Below are positions 18,540 to 28,730 of a DNA stretch of 32,000 nucleotides, in pieces. Numbering within the stretch: the first letter of the stretch is position 1; every line of letters starts with the position of its first letter. The notes under the pieces were generated by a model. The model did no database searches. It saw only the letters and a list, made by a program, of their open reading frames with translations, and was not told the DNA's origin. Source of the stretch: Caldivirga maquilingensis IC-167 (lineage in GTDB: Archaea; Thermoproteota; Thermoprotei; Thermoproteales; Thermocladiaceae); assembly GCF_000018305.1 (NCBI RefSeq), contig NC_009954.1, forward strand, positions 1,110,001 through 1,142,000, read 5' to 3'. The translations under genes were made by a program, and so were the position numbers.

Positions 18540-18595
18540 GCAGTGATGAGGATTATTAAGTTGTGACCAGTGATCGGGAACCCACGTACTGAATT
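18540..18595 (+). ncRNA. Probable C/D box sRNA with degenerate internal boxes
   Basis: C box gtgatga is at 18543-18549. It is followed by a 12/13-nt spacer ggattattaagt(t). A D'-like gtga is at 18563-18566 and a C'-like gtgatcg at 18570-18576. A 12-nt guide ggaacccacgta (18577-18588) precedes D box ctga at 18589-18592. It is intergenic between the symporter and sufB. Confidence 0.5.
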
Positions 18596-18675
18596 CATTA
18601 AACTTTTCTTAATAATAGTTTATATTTATATAAAGCTTTATAAAGTCATGAGGTTAATGAAGCATGTGGTGAGGA

Positions 18676-20091
18676 GTGAGTGATGTTAAGTTGAATCTCA
18701 TTAAGATTGAGGATTTCTCAAACATGCTTGGCTCAGCTAAGCCGATTAAGTGGGATGTAACAATAACAGGTAGGATAAGTAGGGATACTGTTGAGGAGTT
18801 GAGTAGGATTAGGGGTGAGCCTGATTGGATGAGGAGGCTTAGGTTAAGGGCCCTTGAAATGTTTGAGAAGCAGCCTTGGCCAAATTGGCTCCCCCTGGAG
18901 GGTAACATTAACCTTGAATCACTAATCCTATACGCTAAGCCAAGTGTTGAGAGGGCTAGGTCATGGGATGAGTTACCTAGGGAATTAAGGGAGTACTATG
19001 AGGCGCTTCAAATACCTGAAGTCGAGTCCAGGCTATTGGCTGGAGTCATTAGTCAAGTTGACTCAGGGGTTGTTTATGAGAATGTTAGGAAGAGTCTTGA
19101 GGAAGCTGGGGTTGTGGCAATGAGCATGGATGAGGCTGTTAAGAGGTACCCTGACCTAGTTAAGCAGTACTTCATGAAGATATTCCCACCTGAATATAAG
19201 TTCGCATCACTTAACATTGCATTATGGAGCGGTGGAGTATTCGTCTACGTGCCACCTAACACGCATGTTAAAATGCCCATGGAGCTCGTCGTATTAATTA
19301 GTAGTGCTAATGTTGGTCAATTCGAGCACTCACTCATCATTGTTGGTGAGAATTCCCAGGTTGAATTAATAGTGGCTTGTGCAGCCCCAGTCTTCAGTGG
19401 GCTTAGTCTACATGATGGTGTAACCGAGGTTTACGTGCATAAGGGGGCTAGGGTTAAGCTCGTTGACATGAAGAATTGGAGTAAGGGTGTTATCTACTTC
19501 GGTAATAATAGGGCAATAGCTGAAGCTAACACTAATGTTGAGTGGCTTAGTGGTTCACTGGGTGGTAAAGTAACCATGGTTTACCCAATGACTGTGCTTA
19601 AGGGTGAATACGCTAAAACAACAGTCACCTCAGTGGCCTTAGCCAATGGATTAACCTGGAAGGAGGAGGGCGCTAAGGTATTCCATGATGCACCACACAC
19701 GTCAAGTAAGGTAGTTAATAAGGGGGTGAGTGTAAATGGTGGCACCACCGTATATAGGGGTCTTGTTTACGTTAGGAGGGGTGCTAGGTTTGCTAGGTCT
19801 CATGTTTCATGTGATTCGCTTATTCTTGATGATAAGTCTAAGGCATACACTATTCCTCATGATCAAGTATTCGAGGACACGGCAGTGGTTACCCACGAAG
19901 CCTACACAGGCAGAATAAGCGAAGATAAACTATTCTACCTAAGAAGCAGAGGATTAAACGAAGAAGAAGCAAAAAGCCTAATAGTACTTGGTTACTTCCA
20001 TGATGTGATGGTTAACCTACCTATGGAGTACATGTCAATATTCAATAAGGCCATTGAATTAGAGCTAAGCAAGATGCATAAGGTTGGATGA
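18676..20091 (+). CDS. sufB: Fe-S cluster assembly protein SufB (SufB/SufD family)
   Basis: The 471-aa ORF has a GTG start. The C-terminal half (FHDAPHTSSKVVNKGVS..GGTTVYRGLV, EAYTGRISEDKLFYLRSRGL) matches the SufB pattern. Confidence 0.8.
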   Translation: MSDVKLNLIKIEDFSNMLGSAKPIKWDVTITGRISRDTVEELSRIRGEPDWMRRLRLRALEMFEKQPWPNWLPLEGNINLESLILYAKPSVERARSWDELPRELREYYEALQIPEVESRLLAGVISQVDSGVVYENVRKSLEEAGVVAMSMDEAVKRYPDLVKQYFMKIFPPEYKFASLNIALWSGGVFVYVPPNTHVKMPMELVVLISSANVGQFEHSLIIVGENSQVELIVACAAPVFSGLSLHDGVTEVYVHKGARVKLVDMKNWSKGVIYFGNNRAIAEANTNVEWLSGSLGGKVTMVYPMTVLKGEYAKTTVTSVALANGLTWKEEGAKVFHDAPHTSSKVVNKGVSVNGGTTVYRGLVYVRRGARFARSHVSCDSLILDDKSKAYTIPHDQVFEDTAVVTHEAYTGRISEDKLFYLRSRGLNEEEAKSLIVLGYFHDVMVNLPMEYMSIFNKAIELELSKMHKVG

Positions 20092-20371
20092 TTTCTTCCC
20101 CCCGCCTTAAAGGGTTGGTTACGTTGAGAGTCTCCTGCGTTAGCCTGTGCGGGTTAATGGATTATTGATTCACTTAAGTAATGTTATCACTAATCTCAAT
20201 TAACTCAAATTCACAAGTCCTTGTGGGCCAGTATGCAAAATAAGGGGAAACAGGTCTTAAAATTCATTCACCATGAATAAGAGGCTTTAAGTGCGTAGTA
20301 GTGTTTAAGCATTATGGGGTAGGGGCGAAGGGTTTATTAAAGGTGTTAGTGTGTGTTAGTGTTGGTTTGGT

Positions 20372-20680
20372 ATGATTGGTAGTGTTTGGGATTGGATAAT
20401 AGTGATTGCGGTGGTGTTAATATTGTTTGGTGGTGCTAGTAAGATTCCTGAGTTGTTTAGGGCGTTGGGTAGGGCTGTGGGTGAGTTTAAGAAGGGGCAG
20501 GTTGAGGTTGAGAGGGAGCTTAGGCAATTAACCAATGAACCCCAATCAAACCAAACCAACATAAGTAAACAAGACAACACAGTGAATAATAAGGATGAGG
20601 AAGCCCAGGAATTAAGAAGGCAGATAGAGGAATTAAGAAAGAAAATCGAGGAATTAGAGAGGAAGAAATCACAGAATTAA
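20372..20680 (+). CDS. tatA: Twin-arginine translocase TatA/E-family protein
   Basis: The 102-aa product has an N-terminal TM helix followed by an amphipathic helix (LFGGASKIPELFRALGRAVGEFKKG) and a charged C-terminal tail. Confidence 0.8.
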   Translation: MIGSVWDWIIVIAVVLILFGGASKIPELFRALGRAVGEFKKGQVEVERELRQLTNEPQSNQTNISKQDNTVNNKDEEAQELRRQIEELRKKIEELERKKSQN

Positions 20681-20798
20681 CTGCATTAACCCATGCTTAA
20701 GGGTTAAGGATAATTAGCCCTGAGTGTTACTTAATCAGAGTTGCTGAAAAGTATTAATTAATGCACTAGCTTTTTAACCTAAACATAGATTCGGTATT

Positions 20799-22016
20799 GT
20801 GCTCATTGCGCACATATCTGATGTGCACTTAGGTAGGAGGCAGTATGGGCTTGAGGCTAGGGCTAGGGATTATGAGGCAGCGTTCCTTAATGCTATTAGT
20901 GAAATCATTAAGTTACGTGAGGAGAGGGGGGTTGATGTTGTCCTTGTTACGGGGGATCTATTCGATAATCCAAGGCCATCCCCATCAACCTACCTAACCG
21001 CAATTAAGGGTTTTAGTAGGCTTAGGGATTCAGGCCTTAATGTTATTATAACCAGGGGTAATCATGACGCTTCCGTTATTAATCCTGTGGATAACCCAAT
21101 AAGCGTACTATCATCATCAGGCCTGGTTAAGTACCTTGACTTGGATTACATTGATTACGGTAAGTTAAGGATCATTGGTGTAGGCTGCGTACCCGGTAGT
21201 GAACATGGTAAACTCACCAGGGGTTTAAGGGGGTTAATGGGGGGTGGTTTAAACATAGTCATGATGCATCAGTACATTGAGGGTGCACCGTATAGGTACC
21301 CTATGCCTAACATTGACTACTACAGTATACCCGCTGATGAACTTCCAATAGACGCCTACTATGCGGTGGGTCATATTCATGAACACGCCTTGAGGCATCC
21401 ATCATTAAACGCAGTTTACCCTGGTTCCCTTGAGATCTGGGATTCCCAGGAGTTTGAAACCTACGTTCTTAATAATGGTAAGTTAAGTAAGGTTAAGGAA
21501 CAGGACCCTAAGGGTTTCCTGCTACTGGATGTTAATGAAGGTGCCGGTAGGGTTAAGGTTGAGCCAGTTAGGCTGCATGGAGGGCGTAGGATGATTAAAG
21601 TCCTGGTTAATATTAATGGTGAATCACCATCAGTATTCAGGGAGCATTTAAGTGAGTTAAGTAGCCTTAATTACAGGGACGCCTACGTTGAGGTTAACGT
21701 AACCGGTGAATTAAGTGAGGGCTTCAGTGTTAGGGATTACGGCTTCAATACTATTAAGGGTTTAATAAGTGATGCACTTAAGGTCAACGTTAAGTTAACG
21801 GTCACGAGGCGTAGTAGCGTTAAGGGGCAGGTTGTGCATGGTTTAATTGAACTTATTCAATCAGTACTAGGTAAGAACCTTGGTAATGAGGCTATGGTTA
21901 ACGCAGTCCTTAGGGCCCTTGACCTGGTGAGTGATGGTAAGGTTAATGAGGCTAGGGTTACTTTAGAGAAGGCGCTTGGTATAGGGGATGATGCTGAATG
22001 GCTTCAGTGGAGTTAA
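20799..22016 (+). CDS. mre11: DNA double-strand break repair nuclease Mre11
   Basis: The 405-aa product carries the phosphoesterase motifs HISDVHLG, TGDLFD, GNHD and GHIH. It has a GTG start with a tttttaa TATA-like box 22-28 nt upstream. It overlaps rad50 by 19 nt. Confidence 0.9.
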   Translation: MLIAHISDVHLGRRQYGLEARARDYEAAFLNAISEIIKLREERGVDVVLVTGDLFDNPRPSPSTYLTAIKGFSRLRDSGLNVIITRGNHDASVINPVDNPISVLSSSGLVKYLDLDYIDYGKLRIIGVGCVPGSEHGKLTRGLRGLMGGGLNIVMMHQYIEGAPYRYPMPNIDYYSIPADELPIDAYYAVGHIHEHALRHPSLNAVYPGSLEIWDSQEFETYVLNNGKLSKVKEQDPKGFLLLDVNEGAGRVKVEPVRLHGGRRMIKVLVNINGESPSVFREHLSELSSLNYRDAYVEVNVTGELSEGFSVRDYGFNTIKGLISDALKVNVKLTVTRRSSVKGQVVHGLIELIQSVLGKNLGNEAMVNAVLRALDLVSDGKVNEARVTLEKALGIGDDAEWLQWS

Positions 22017-24412
22017 TTGAGGTTGAGAACATTAGGTCAATAAGGAAGGCCTCAGTGAGGTTAAGCAGCGGGGTTAACTTCATACATGGCTTAAACGGTG
22101 CAGGTAAGACAACTATACTGGATTCAATAGCCCTAGCCCTCTATGGGACTGATTGGCTTAAGAGGAGGAGGATTAAGTTATCTGAGTTAGTTACCATAGG
22201 CGCCTCCACTGGTGCTGTTAGGCTTATGATTAATATTGAGGGGCGTAGGTACATTATTCAACGCGTCTTCACCAGGGAGAAGGTTATTGAATCCCAGACA
22301 TACGTCATGAGTGATGATGGTAGTAGGGTTGCAGGTAGGGATAAGGAGGTGACTAGGTGGGTTACCGAGAACCTGGGTGTTGATGTTGAGCTCTTCAACC
22401 TGCTTTACGTTAGGCAAGGTGAGTTAAGGGATATACTTGAGGTTAATAGGAGGGAGGAGTTTAAGCTCGATAAGTTGCTTAAGATTGACTCAATGGATAA
22501 GCTTCAGACTGATGTATTGAGGAGTATTGAGAAGAGGCTTGAGGGTGAGGAGAAGGCCCTTGAGGCAGCCATTAGGGAGAACAATGATGAGAAGGATAGG
22601 GTTGAGAGGAGGTTGAGTGATGCCAGGGTTAAGGTTAAGGAAATTGAAAGTGAAATCAGTAAACTTGATGGCGAATTAAGCGTTAAGGAGAGTGAACTAA
22701 GTAAGCTTAAGGAGGAGGAGAGGAGGCTAATTGGAATTAGGGAGAGGTTCAATACCCTTAATGACGAGTTAAGGAGACTTAAGGATGAATTAAATAGAAT
22801 TAACGCAAGCATTAAGGATGTTGAGGACAGGATTAAGGAGAGGGAGGGCATTAGGGCTAGGGTTAAGGGGATTGAGGAGAAGCTTAAGGGAATGAAGGAA
22901 TTAAGGGACGAAATCAGTAAACTTGAGGAAGAGGAGAGGGAACTACGGGGTAGGGTAATAGTCCTTGAATCCAAGGAATCAACAATAAAGGGGCTTGAGA
23001 GGCAACGAGCAGAGTTAAGCAATCAATTAAGGGAAACTGAGACTGAATTAGAGGAGTTAAGGGAGAAGGCGGCTGGTAAGAGTGAGTTAGAGGGGAAGCT
23101 TAAGGAAACCTTAACGAGGCTTAATGAGCTTGATGAATTAAAGTCAAGGAAACTGTCACTTAAGAGTGAGTTAAGTCACATTGAGGAGGAGTTGAACGTA
23201 TTGAAGTCATCTAAGGAACCAGTATGCCCAGTGTGTAAGAGACCGTTGAAGCCTGAGGATAGGGAGAGGTTGATTAAGGAGAATAATGAGAAATTAAGGT
23301 TAATTAGGGAGGAGATTAGGGAAATCGACTCAAGGCTTAAGGATTACAGTGACTTAAAGGAGACTGAGGAGGAGCTTAGGAATAGGCTTACCCAAGCAAA
23401 GATGGCTGCGGAGAAGATCCCCATCCTTGAGTCAAGGCTAAGGGAATTGAGGAGTAGGGTTAATGAACTTGATGAGGAGTTGAAGACAGCTAGGGAGGAG
23501 GTTAAGGAATTGGAGAACCTGAGGGTGAGGCATAGTGAAGTCAATTCAAGGCTTAGTGAATTAAGGAGGAGGTTAACTGAGGTTGAGATGCTTCAGGAGG
23601 AGTACGTGAGGCTTAATGCTGAGTTAGCCAAGAACCCTGAGGCTGATTTAAGGCATTTAATGGAGAATAAGGCTAATGTTGAGGCAAGGATTAGGGAACT
23701 GGAGAATGAGGTTGAGGCACTGGGGAAGGAGTTGGTTAGGCTTAGGGAGATTGAGGATAAGGTTAAGGAGACTGAGGAGGAGGTTAAGAGCCTGAGGACT
23801 AGGCTTGATAAAAACAACGGCATGTTAAGTCAATTGAAAGCCAGTATAAAGGAACTGGAGGATGAGGCCGGGCGTTTAAGGGAATTAATCAGTAAGAGGA
23901 GTGAGAGACTTAGGTTCATTAGAGGTAAGATTCAGGAGGTTGCGGGGTTGATTAACGCCATAGATAATGCCAAGCCAGCTTTAAGGAAGGCGCTGCTGAA
24001 CGCCATAAATGATGAATTAAAGGACGCCTTCAGGATGCTTAGGCATAAGGAATCCTTAATCGACATTTACGTAACAGAGGACTACGAGGTCATGGTTAAG
24101 AGGAGTGATGGTAAGGAGTTACCGGTGAGCATGCTTTCAATGGGTGAAAGAAACCTAGTGGCCCTAGTGCTTAGATTCGCGTTATCCAAGGCCATACTAG
24201 GTGACATACCAATAATGCTACTGGATGAGCCAACCGAGCACTTGGACTCTGAGCATAGGAGGAGGGTTTCAAACTGGCTACGTGACTTATCTAACGTAGT
24301 CGATACACTGGTGGTTACGTCACATGTTGATGCATTCGAGAACACCGCTGATAATATTATTAGAGTTGAGGTCACTAGTCCAAGGGGTGAGTCAGTGGCG
24401 TATAATGCGTGA
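21998..24412 (+). CDS. rad50: DNA double-strand break repair ATPase Rad50
   Basis: The 804-aa product has Walker A GLNGAGKTT, a long E/K/R/L-rich coiled coil and a zinc hook CPVCKRPL. It also has the signature LSMGERNL and Walker B MLLDEPTEHLD. Confidence 0.9.
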   Translation: MASVELIEVENIRSIRKASVRLSSGVNFIHGLNGAGKTTILDSIALALYGTDWLKRRRIKLSELVTIGASTGAVRLMINIEGRRYIIQRVFTREKVIESQTYVMSDDGSRVAGRDKEVTRWVTENLGVDVELFNLLYVRQGELRDILEVNRREEFKLDKLLKIDSMDKLQTDVLRSIEKRLEGEEKALEAAIRENNDEKDRVERRLSDARVKVKEIESEISKLDGELSVKESELSKLKEEERRLIGIRERFNTLNDELRRLKDELNRINASIKDVEDRIKEREGIRARVKGIEEKLKGMKELRDEISKLEEEERELRGRVIVLESKESTIKGLERQRAELSNQLRETETELEELREKAAGKSELEGKLKETLTRLNELDELKSRKLSLKSELSHIEEELNVLKSSKEPVCPVCKRPLKPEDRERLIKENNEKLRLIREEIREIDSRLKDYSDLKETEEELRNRLTQAKMAAEKIPILESRLRELRSRVNELDEELKTAREEVKELENLRVRHSEVNSRLSELRRRLTEVEMLQEEYVRLNAELAKNPEADLRHLMENKANVEARIRELENEVEALGKELVRLREIEDKVKETEEEVKSLRTRLDKNNGMLSQLKASIKELEDEAGRLRELISKRSERLRFIRGKIQEVAGLINAIDNAKPALRKALLNAINDELKDAFRMLRHKESLIDIYVTEDYEVMVKRSDGKELPVSMLSMGERNLVALVLRFALSKAILGDIPIMLLDEPTEHLDSEHRRRVSNWLRDLSNVVDTLVVTSHVDAFENTADNIIRVEVTSPRGESVAYNA

Positions 24413-24630
24413 ATACGAAGCAGTGATGCAACATTACTCAAGTGCATTAATTACCCACAGGTCTTCACCATATGGGATTTCACTAAGAATAGTGGATTAT
24501 TGTGAATAACCATTACTTAGGCGTATACTTAGTAAAGTGAGGTTCAGGTGCCTTATAAGCAATATTAAATGTACTGAAATATAAACTATATTTATAGCAA
24601 TAGTTTTAAAAACAGTAAATTGTCTATGTA

Positions 24631-26478
24631 ATGATGGCTAATTGCTCAGTGAGACTCATGTTGGGTAATCATGCGGTTGCTCATGCGGCATTAGAAGCGG
24701 GTTTAGCCGTTGCAGCAGGTTACCCTGGTACGCCTAGTAGTGAGATTATTGAGTACATTATTGACCACTCCAGGGAGACTGGGGTTTATGTTGAATGGTC
24801 AAGCAACGAGAAGGTAGCCTACGAGGTGGCTTACGGTGCAGCATTAGCCGGTGCTAAGGCATTGGTTAGTATGAAGCATGTTGGCTTAAATGTAGCGATG
24901 GATCCACTAATGTCAAGCGCGTACACTGGTGTTAGGAATAGTTTACTGGTTATTACCGCTGATGACCCTGGAATGTGGTCAAGCCAGAATGAACAGGATA
25001 ATAGGTGGGTTGGTTTACACGCCCATATTCCAGTAATTGAACCATACAGTCCACAGAATGCAGCTGACCTAGTTAAGTTATCAATGAGTATGAGTCAACG
25101 CCTCAATCACCCAGTGTTAATGAGACTGGTTACTAGGGTTTCCCACGTTAGGGAACCTGTTAAGGTCTGTGAATTCAGTAAACCTGACTATGCCCAAGGC
25201 TACCTCAAGGACCCATCACACCACGCCTTAGTTCCATCCAACGCTAGGCAACTTAAAGGTGAGTTAATTAAACGCTGGGAGAGTATTCAGTATGCCGTTG
25301 AGGATTTGCCTCACGAGTACGTTAACGATGGTAGAGTACTGGTTATTACGAGTGGTGTAGCGTATAATTACGTTAAGGAGGCTTTAAGGGACCTTGAAAT
25401 CCCCGTTAGTACACTCAACGTAATCACCCCAGTACCCCTACCTAGGAGGCTTATAGCTAATGCAGTGTCTAACTCAGATAAGGTCGTGGTTGTTGAGGAA
25501 GGTGACCCAGTGGTTGAGTTTCAGGTTAAGGAGGTGCTTTACGATGAGGGTATTAGGGTTCCAGTGTACGGTAAGGCTGAGGGTTTCTTCACCAGGGTTG
25601 GTGAATTAACACTAATGAATGTTGAGGAGGGGTTGGCTAAGGCACTTGGTGTTGAATTAAGGGGAATGCGAAGTAATGCGCAACGCATTGATGTACCACC
25701 AAGGCCCCCTGTCTTCTGCCCAGGTTGCCCCCATGCGGCATCATTCTATGAGTTAAAGATAACCACGGCTAAGGCCATGGTTAAGCCAGTCTTCAGCGGT
25801 GACATAGGCTGCTACTCCCTAGGCATAAACCCACCCTTTAATGAGCAAGACGTGTTAACGAATATGGGTAGTTCAATAGGCTTAGGCATGGGTATCCTTA
25901 GAGGCACTGGTGGTAGGCAATTCATCATAGCCATTATAGGTGACTCCACGTTCTTCCACGCCGGTTTACCAGCCCTGGTTAATGCAGTCTACAATAAGGC
26001 GCCAATGCTTGTTATTGTTATGGATAATAGGTTCACTGCGATGACGGGTGGTCAACCAAGCCCAACGCAGGTCATTGATATTGCCGCTGTAGCTAAGGCA
26101 ATTGGGGTTAAGTACGTGTACACAATTGACCCCTTCAACGTTAAGGAGGCTGAGGCTACGTTAAGCGATGCGTTAAGGAAGGTTAAGGATGGGGAATTAG
26201 CCCTAGTGGTTATGAAGAGGGCATGCGCCCTAGAGGCATCAAGGGGGCGTAGTTCACTCATTGTTAAATTCACAGTGGACCCCGATGCATGTAAGGCATG
26301 CGGCATCTGCTACAATCTAATAGCCTGCCCAGCCATAGCACCCCTTGAGAACAGGAAGGCTTGGATCGACCCCAATATGTGCGTGGGATGCTCAGTATGC
26401 GCTCAAGTCTGCCCTTACAATGCAATAAAGCCCAGCGGTAATGCAAAGGAGTGGCTTGATAAGTGGGCTGAAATGTGA
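24631..26478 (+). CDS. iorA: Indolepyruvate:ferredoxin oxidoreductase subunit alpha
   Basis: The 615-aa product has GYPGTPSSEI, the TPP region GDSTFFH and two C-terminal 4Fe-4S motifs (CKACGICYNLIACP and CVGCSVCAQVCP). Confidence 0.85.
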   Translation: MMANCSVRLMLGNHAVAHAALEAGLAVAAGYPGTPSSEIIEYIIDHSRETGVYVEWSSNEKVAYEVAYGAALAGAKALVSMKHVGLNVAMDPLMSSAYTGVRNSLLVITADDPGMWSSQNEQDNRWVGLHAHIPVIEPYSPQNAADLVKLSMSMSQRLNHPVLMRLVTRVSHVREPVKVCEFSKPDYAQGYLKDPSHHALVPSNARQLKGELIKRWESIQYAVEDLPHEYVNDGRVLVITSGVAYNYVKEALRDLEIPVSTLNVITPVPLPRRLIANAVSNSDKVVVVEEGDPVVEFQVKEVLYDEGIRVPVYGKAEGFFTRVGELTLMNVEEGLAKALGVELRGMRSNAQRIDVPPRPPVFCPGCPHAASFYELKITTAKAMVKPVFSGDIGCYSLGINPPFNEQDVLTNMGSSIGLGMGILRGTGGRQFIIAIIGDSTFFHAGLPALVNAVYNKAPMLVIVMDNRFTAMTGGQPSPTQVIDIAAVAKAIGVKYVYTIDPFNVKEAEATLSDALRKVKDGELALVVMKRACALEASRGRSSLIVKFTVDPDACKACGICYNLIACPAIAPLENRKAWIDPNMCVGCSVCAQVCPYNAIKPSGNAKEWLDKWAEM

Positions 26479-26487
26479 GGTGATGGT

Positions 26488-27078
26488 ATGAAGATGAACA
26501 TATATTTAACCGGCGTTGGTGGTCAAGGATTAATCACCTTCGCCTCAGTGCTTGGTCAAGCAGCATTGCATTCCGGACTTAAGGCACTGGTGGCTGAGAC
26601 CCATGGATTAAGCCAGAGGGGTGGTTCCGTAGACGTACATCTAAGGATCGGTAATGTACATGCACCCTTAATACCTAGGGGGAATGCAGACATTATAGTG
26701 GCCTTTGAATTACTGGAAGCCTTTAGGGCATTGAACTACGCTAATGATAACACCGTGATAGTGGTTAATAAGCGATTAATCAGACCACCAACCACTAGAG
26801 CCAAAATACCCAGTATCAATGAATTAGTAAGCGAGTTACGTAAGATGAATAACACTGTTTACGTAATTGATGCCTACAATGAAGCCCTTAAGCTCGGTAA
26901 CGCGATCTTTGAGAACATGGTAATGTTAGGAGCCTTGTACTCAGTATCCGATGTGAGTAAATTCATAAGTACGAAGGCAATTGAGGAATCAATTAAAGAG
27001 GTTATCAAGAGGGAGCGGGAGGAAAATATAAAGGCATTCCATGTAGGTATGGGGCTCATTAATACGCAAAGGCAATAA
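26488..27078 (+). CDS. iorB: Indolepyruvate:ferredoxin oxidoreductase subunit beta
   Basis: The 196-aa product starts GVGGQGLIT. It follows iorA after a 9-nt gap. Confidence 0.8.
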   Translation: MKMNIYLTGVGGQGLITFASVLGQAALHSGLKALVAETHGLSQRGGSVDVHLRIGNVHAPLIPRGNADIIVAFELLEAFRALNYANDNTVIVVNKRLIRPPTTRAKIPSINELVSELRKMNNTVYVIDAYNEALKLGNAIFENMVMLGALYSVSDVSKFISTKAIEESIKEVIKREREENIKAFHVGMGLINTQRQ

Positions 27079-27221
27079 TAATGCGAAGAATATTGCCTCG
27101 AATATGCTTAATAACGATATATAATGTATTATTGTATTTTTAGCATACCATCAAGTATACTCATGTTTAGAATTTATAAGGAAGATATTGAATTATTTTT
27201 AATGAATACGCAATGTACAAT

Positions 27222-28571
27222 TTACTTCTCCTTTACTATTCTTAAATCAATGCCTATTGTTTCCGGACCAATTGCCGCAGCCACTCCATATACAATACCA
27301 GCTAGTATTAGCCAGAACGCAGCCACAAACCATATATTAGTCCCCTCTATGGTTGCAAACGCGCTGTAAAGTGGTATTGAGTATAGTGGTATCCATGCAG
27401 ATATGAATATACCGGAACTATAACCAAAACCAACACCACTACCCCTCCTCTGCGTGGCAAAACGCTCACTTAGGTAAACGGGCACTAAGCCCCAGGGCCA
27501 TTGGGAGAGCCAACCCATTAGAAGGGCACCAAGGACTAGTAACGGTACGCTCCTAACCACAGCGCTATAGTAAACAACATAGTAAGCTGGGACTGCAAGT
27601 ACTGCGGATACCACTGCGGCGATTATTAAGGCACGTTTTCTACCAATGAAGTCACTGGCTAAGCCCCACAGCGTTGCTGCTATGGCTGCGAATATACCCA
27701 TTATACCATAGTAAAAGCTCGCCAAACCCTCCGGTAAGCCAGCCCTTGTATATATACCCACTGCAAAATCAAACATTGAGTAGGAGCTAAAGAATAAGCC
27801 AGTCATAAAGACAAGAACCTGCAGAAACGTCCAAAGGGCGGGAGGCTTAAAGATGCTGAAGAACGGTATCCTCTCAAGCTGGCCCTTCTCCTTAGCCTCC
27901 TGGAAGATTGGCGTATCCGGCATTGTATACCTAATTATGAAGGCCACAACGGCTGGTATTAGGCCCGTTAGGAACACGTACCTCCAAGCATATGCATACA
28001 TAGCCTTTACCCCAAAGAGTGCTGTGAAGCCCGCGACCACTAATCCTCCTAATGCCACACCCCATGAGAAACCACCCTGAACTATACCACTAACTAATCC
28101 CCTCCACCTGGGTGCTGAGTACTCCATGGCGAATGGATGCCCAGCCGCGTACTCACCACCAACAAAGACCCCCAATATGAACCTTAAAACTGCATAAATC
28201 CAAAAGGCTGCCCAACCCACGGCCGCGTACGTTGGTATCGCAGCCGTGACCGCACTGGCGAGGCTGTAGCCCAGTATTGTTATCATGAGGGTGTCCCTAC
28301 GCCCAATCCTATCGGCATAGTTACCGAATAATGCGCTACCCACTGGTCTCGCAATCATGGTGAATGCGTAACCAAGCAGTGTTAAGAAGTAACCAACCAC
28401 TGACTTAGCCAGTGTCGATGGGAAGAGAACTGTTGCTAATATTGGCGTCATTGCCGTTACGAACGTTAAATCATAGGCATCCAAGAAGAAGCCTAGAAAT
28501 TGAGATGCTATAGCCTTACCAGCGTTTGGTGGCCATTCATAGTGTTTAGATGCCCACTGAATCCTGGCCAT
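27222..28571 (-). CDS. MFS transporter (metabolite:H+ symporter-like)
   Basis: The protein is polytopic and carries the MFS loop motif GNYADRIGRRDTL. I prefer the start at MARIQW (28571) over the track start at 28658. The extension is AT-rich and non-hydrophobic, and a TATA-like box sits 22-28 nt upstream of 28571. Confidence 0.8.
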   Translation of the reverse strand: MARIQWASKHYEWPPNAGKAIASQFLGFFLDAYDLTFVTAMTPILATVLFPSTLAKSVVGYFLTLLGYAFTMIARPVGSALFGNYADRIGRRDTLMITILGYSLASAVTAAIPTYAAVGWAAFWIYAVLRFILGVFVGGEYAAGHPFAMEYSAPRWRGLVSGIVQGGFSWGVALGGLVVAGFTALFGVKAMYAYAWRYVFLTGLIPAVVAFIIRYTMPDTPIFQEAKEKGQLERIPFFSIFKPPALWTFLQVLVFMTGLFFSSYSMFDFAVGIYTRAGLPEGLASFYYGIMGIFAAIAATLWGLASDFIGRKRALIIAAVVSAVLAVPAYYVVYYSAVVRSVPLLVLGALLMGWLSQWPWGLVPVYLSERFATQRRGSGVGFGYSSGIFISAWIPLYSIPLYSAFATIEGTNIWFVAAFWLILAGIVYGVAAAIGPETIGIDLRIVKEK

Positions 28572-28592
28572 CAGTAAATATATCTCTATGTC

Positions 28593-28599
28593 TTTTAAA
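28593..28599 (-). promoter_or_regulatory. TATA-like box (tttaaaa on the minus strand) for a leaderless MFS transcript
   Basis: The minus-strand sequence is ctttaaaagacatagagatatatttactgATGGCC. The box lies at -28 to -22 relative to ATG 28571. Confidence 0.35.
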
Positions 28600-28730
28600 G
28601 TATTACTGTGGTATTTAATGATCATATAGTTTAAATATGCATAATAGGGCAATCTCATCTTAGTTCCGCATCATTGTAGAGCCTATTACTAACTCCATAC
28701 TGCTTGGGATTGTGTTAAATATTATTGTGA

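Noticed and set aside
20343-20362. Perfect tandem duplication of the decamer gtgttagtgt just upstream of tatA
   Set aside because: Only two copies are present in a G/T-rich leader. This is most simply a slippage duplication, and I have no evidence for function.
22187-24447. Series of minus-strand ORFs within rad50 (including the 172-aa Ser/Leu-rich 22504..23022) and the apparent repetitiveness of aggttaagg-like strings
   Set aside because: These are the antisense mirror of the purine-rich E/K/R/L coiled-coil codons of Rad50. The Ser/Leu-rich translations and short recurring words reflect codon bias, not tandem repeats or genes.
24324-24509. 61-aa + ORF spanning the rad50 stop
   Set aside because: It is out of frame with the rad50 3' end and runs into the intergenic promoter region. 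It has no motif and no plausible start context.
24413-24630. C-box-like agtgatgc downstream of rad50 as a third C/D sRNA
   Set aside because: The box is imperfect, no CUGA lies at the required 12-nt spacing, and the nearest ctga is about 150 nt away.
27124-28080. + strand ORFs 27124..27369 and 27853..28080; I also checked whether the second retains iorA homology
   Set aside because: Both overlap the well-supported MFS gene on the opposite strand. The 27853..28080 translation shows no similarity to the IorA segment expected at the 2444-bp offset.
28572-28658. N-terminal extension of the MFS transporter ORF (track start at 28658)
   Set aside because: The 29 extra residues (MRLPYYAYLNYMIIKYHSNTLKDIEIYLL) are encoded by AT-rich promoter-like DNA that contains a TATA-like box correctly spaced for the internal ATG at 28571.
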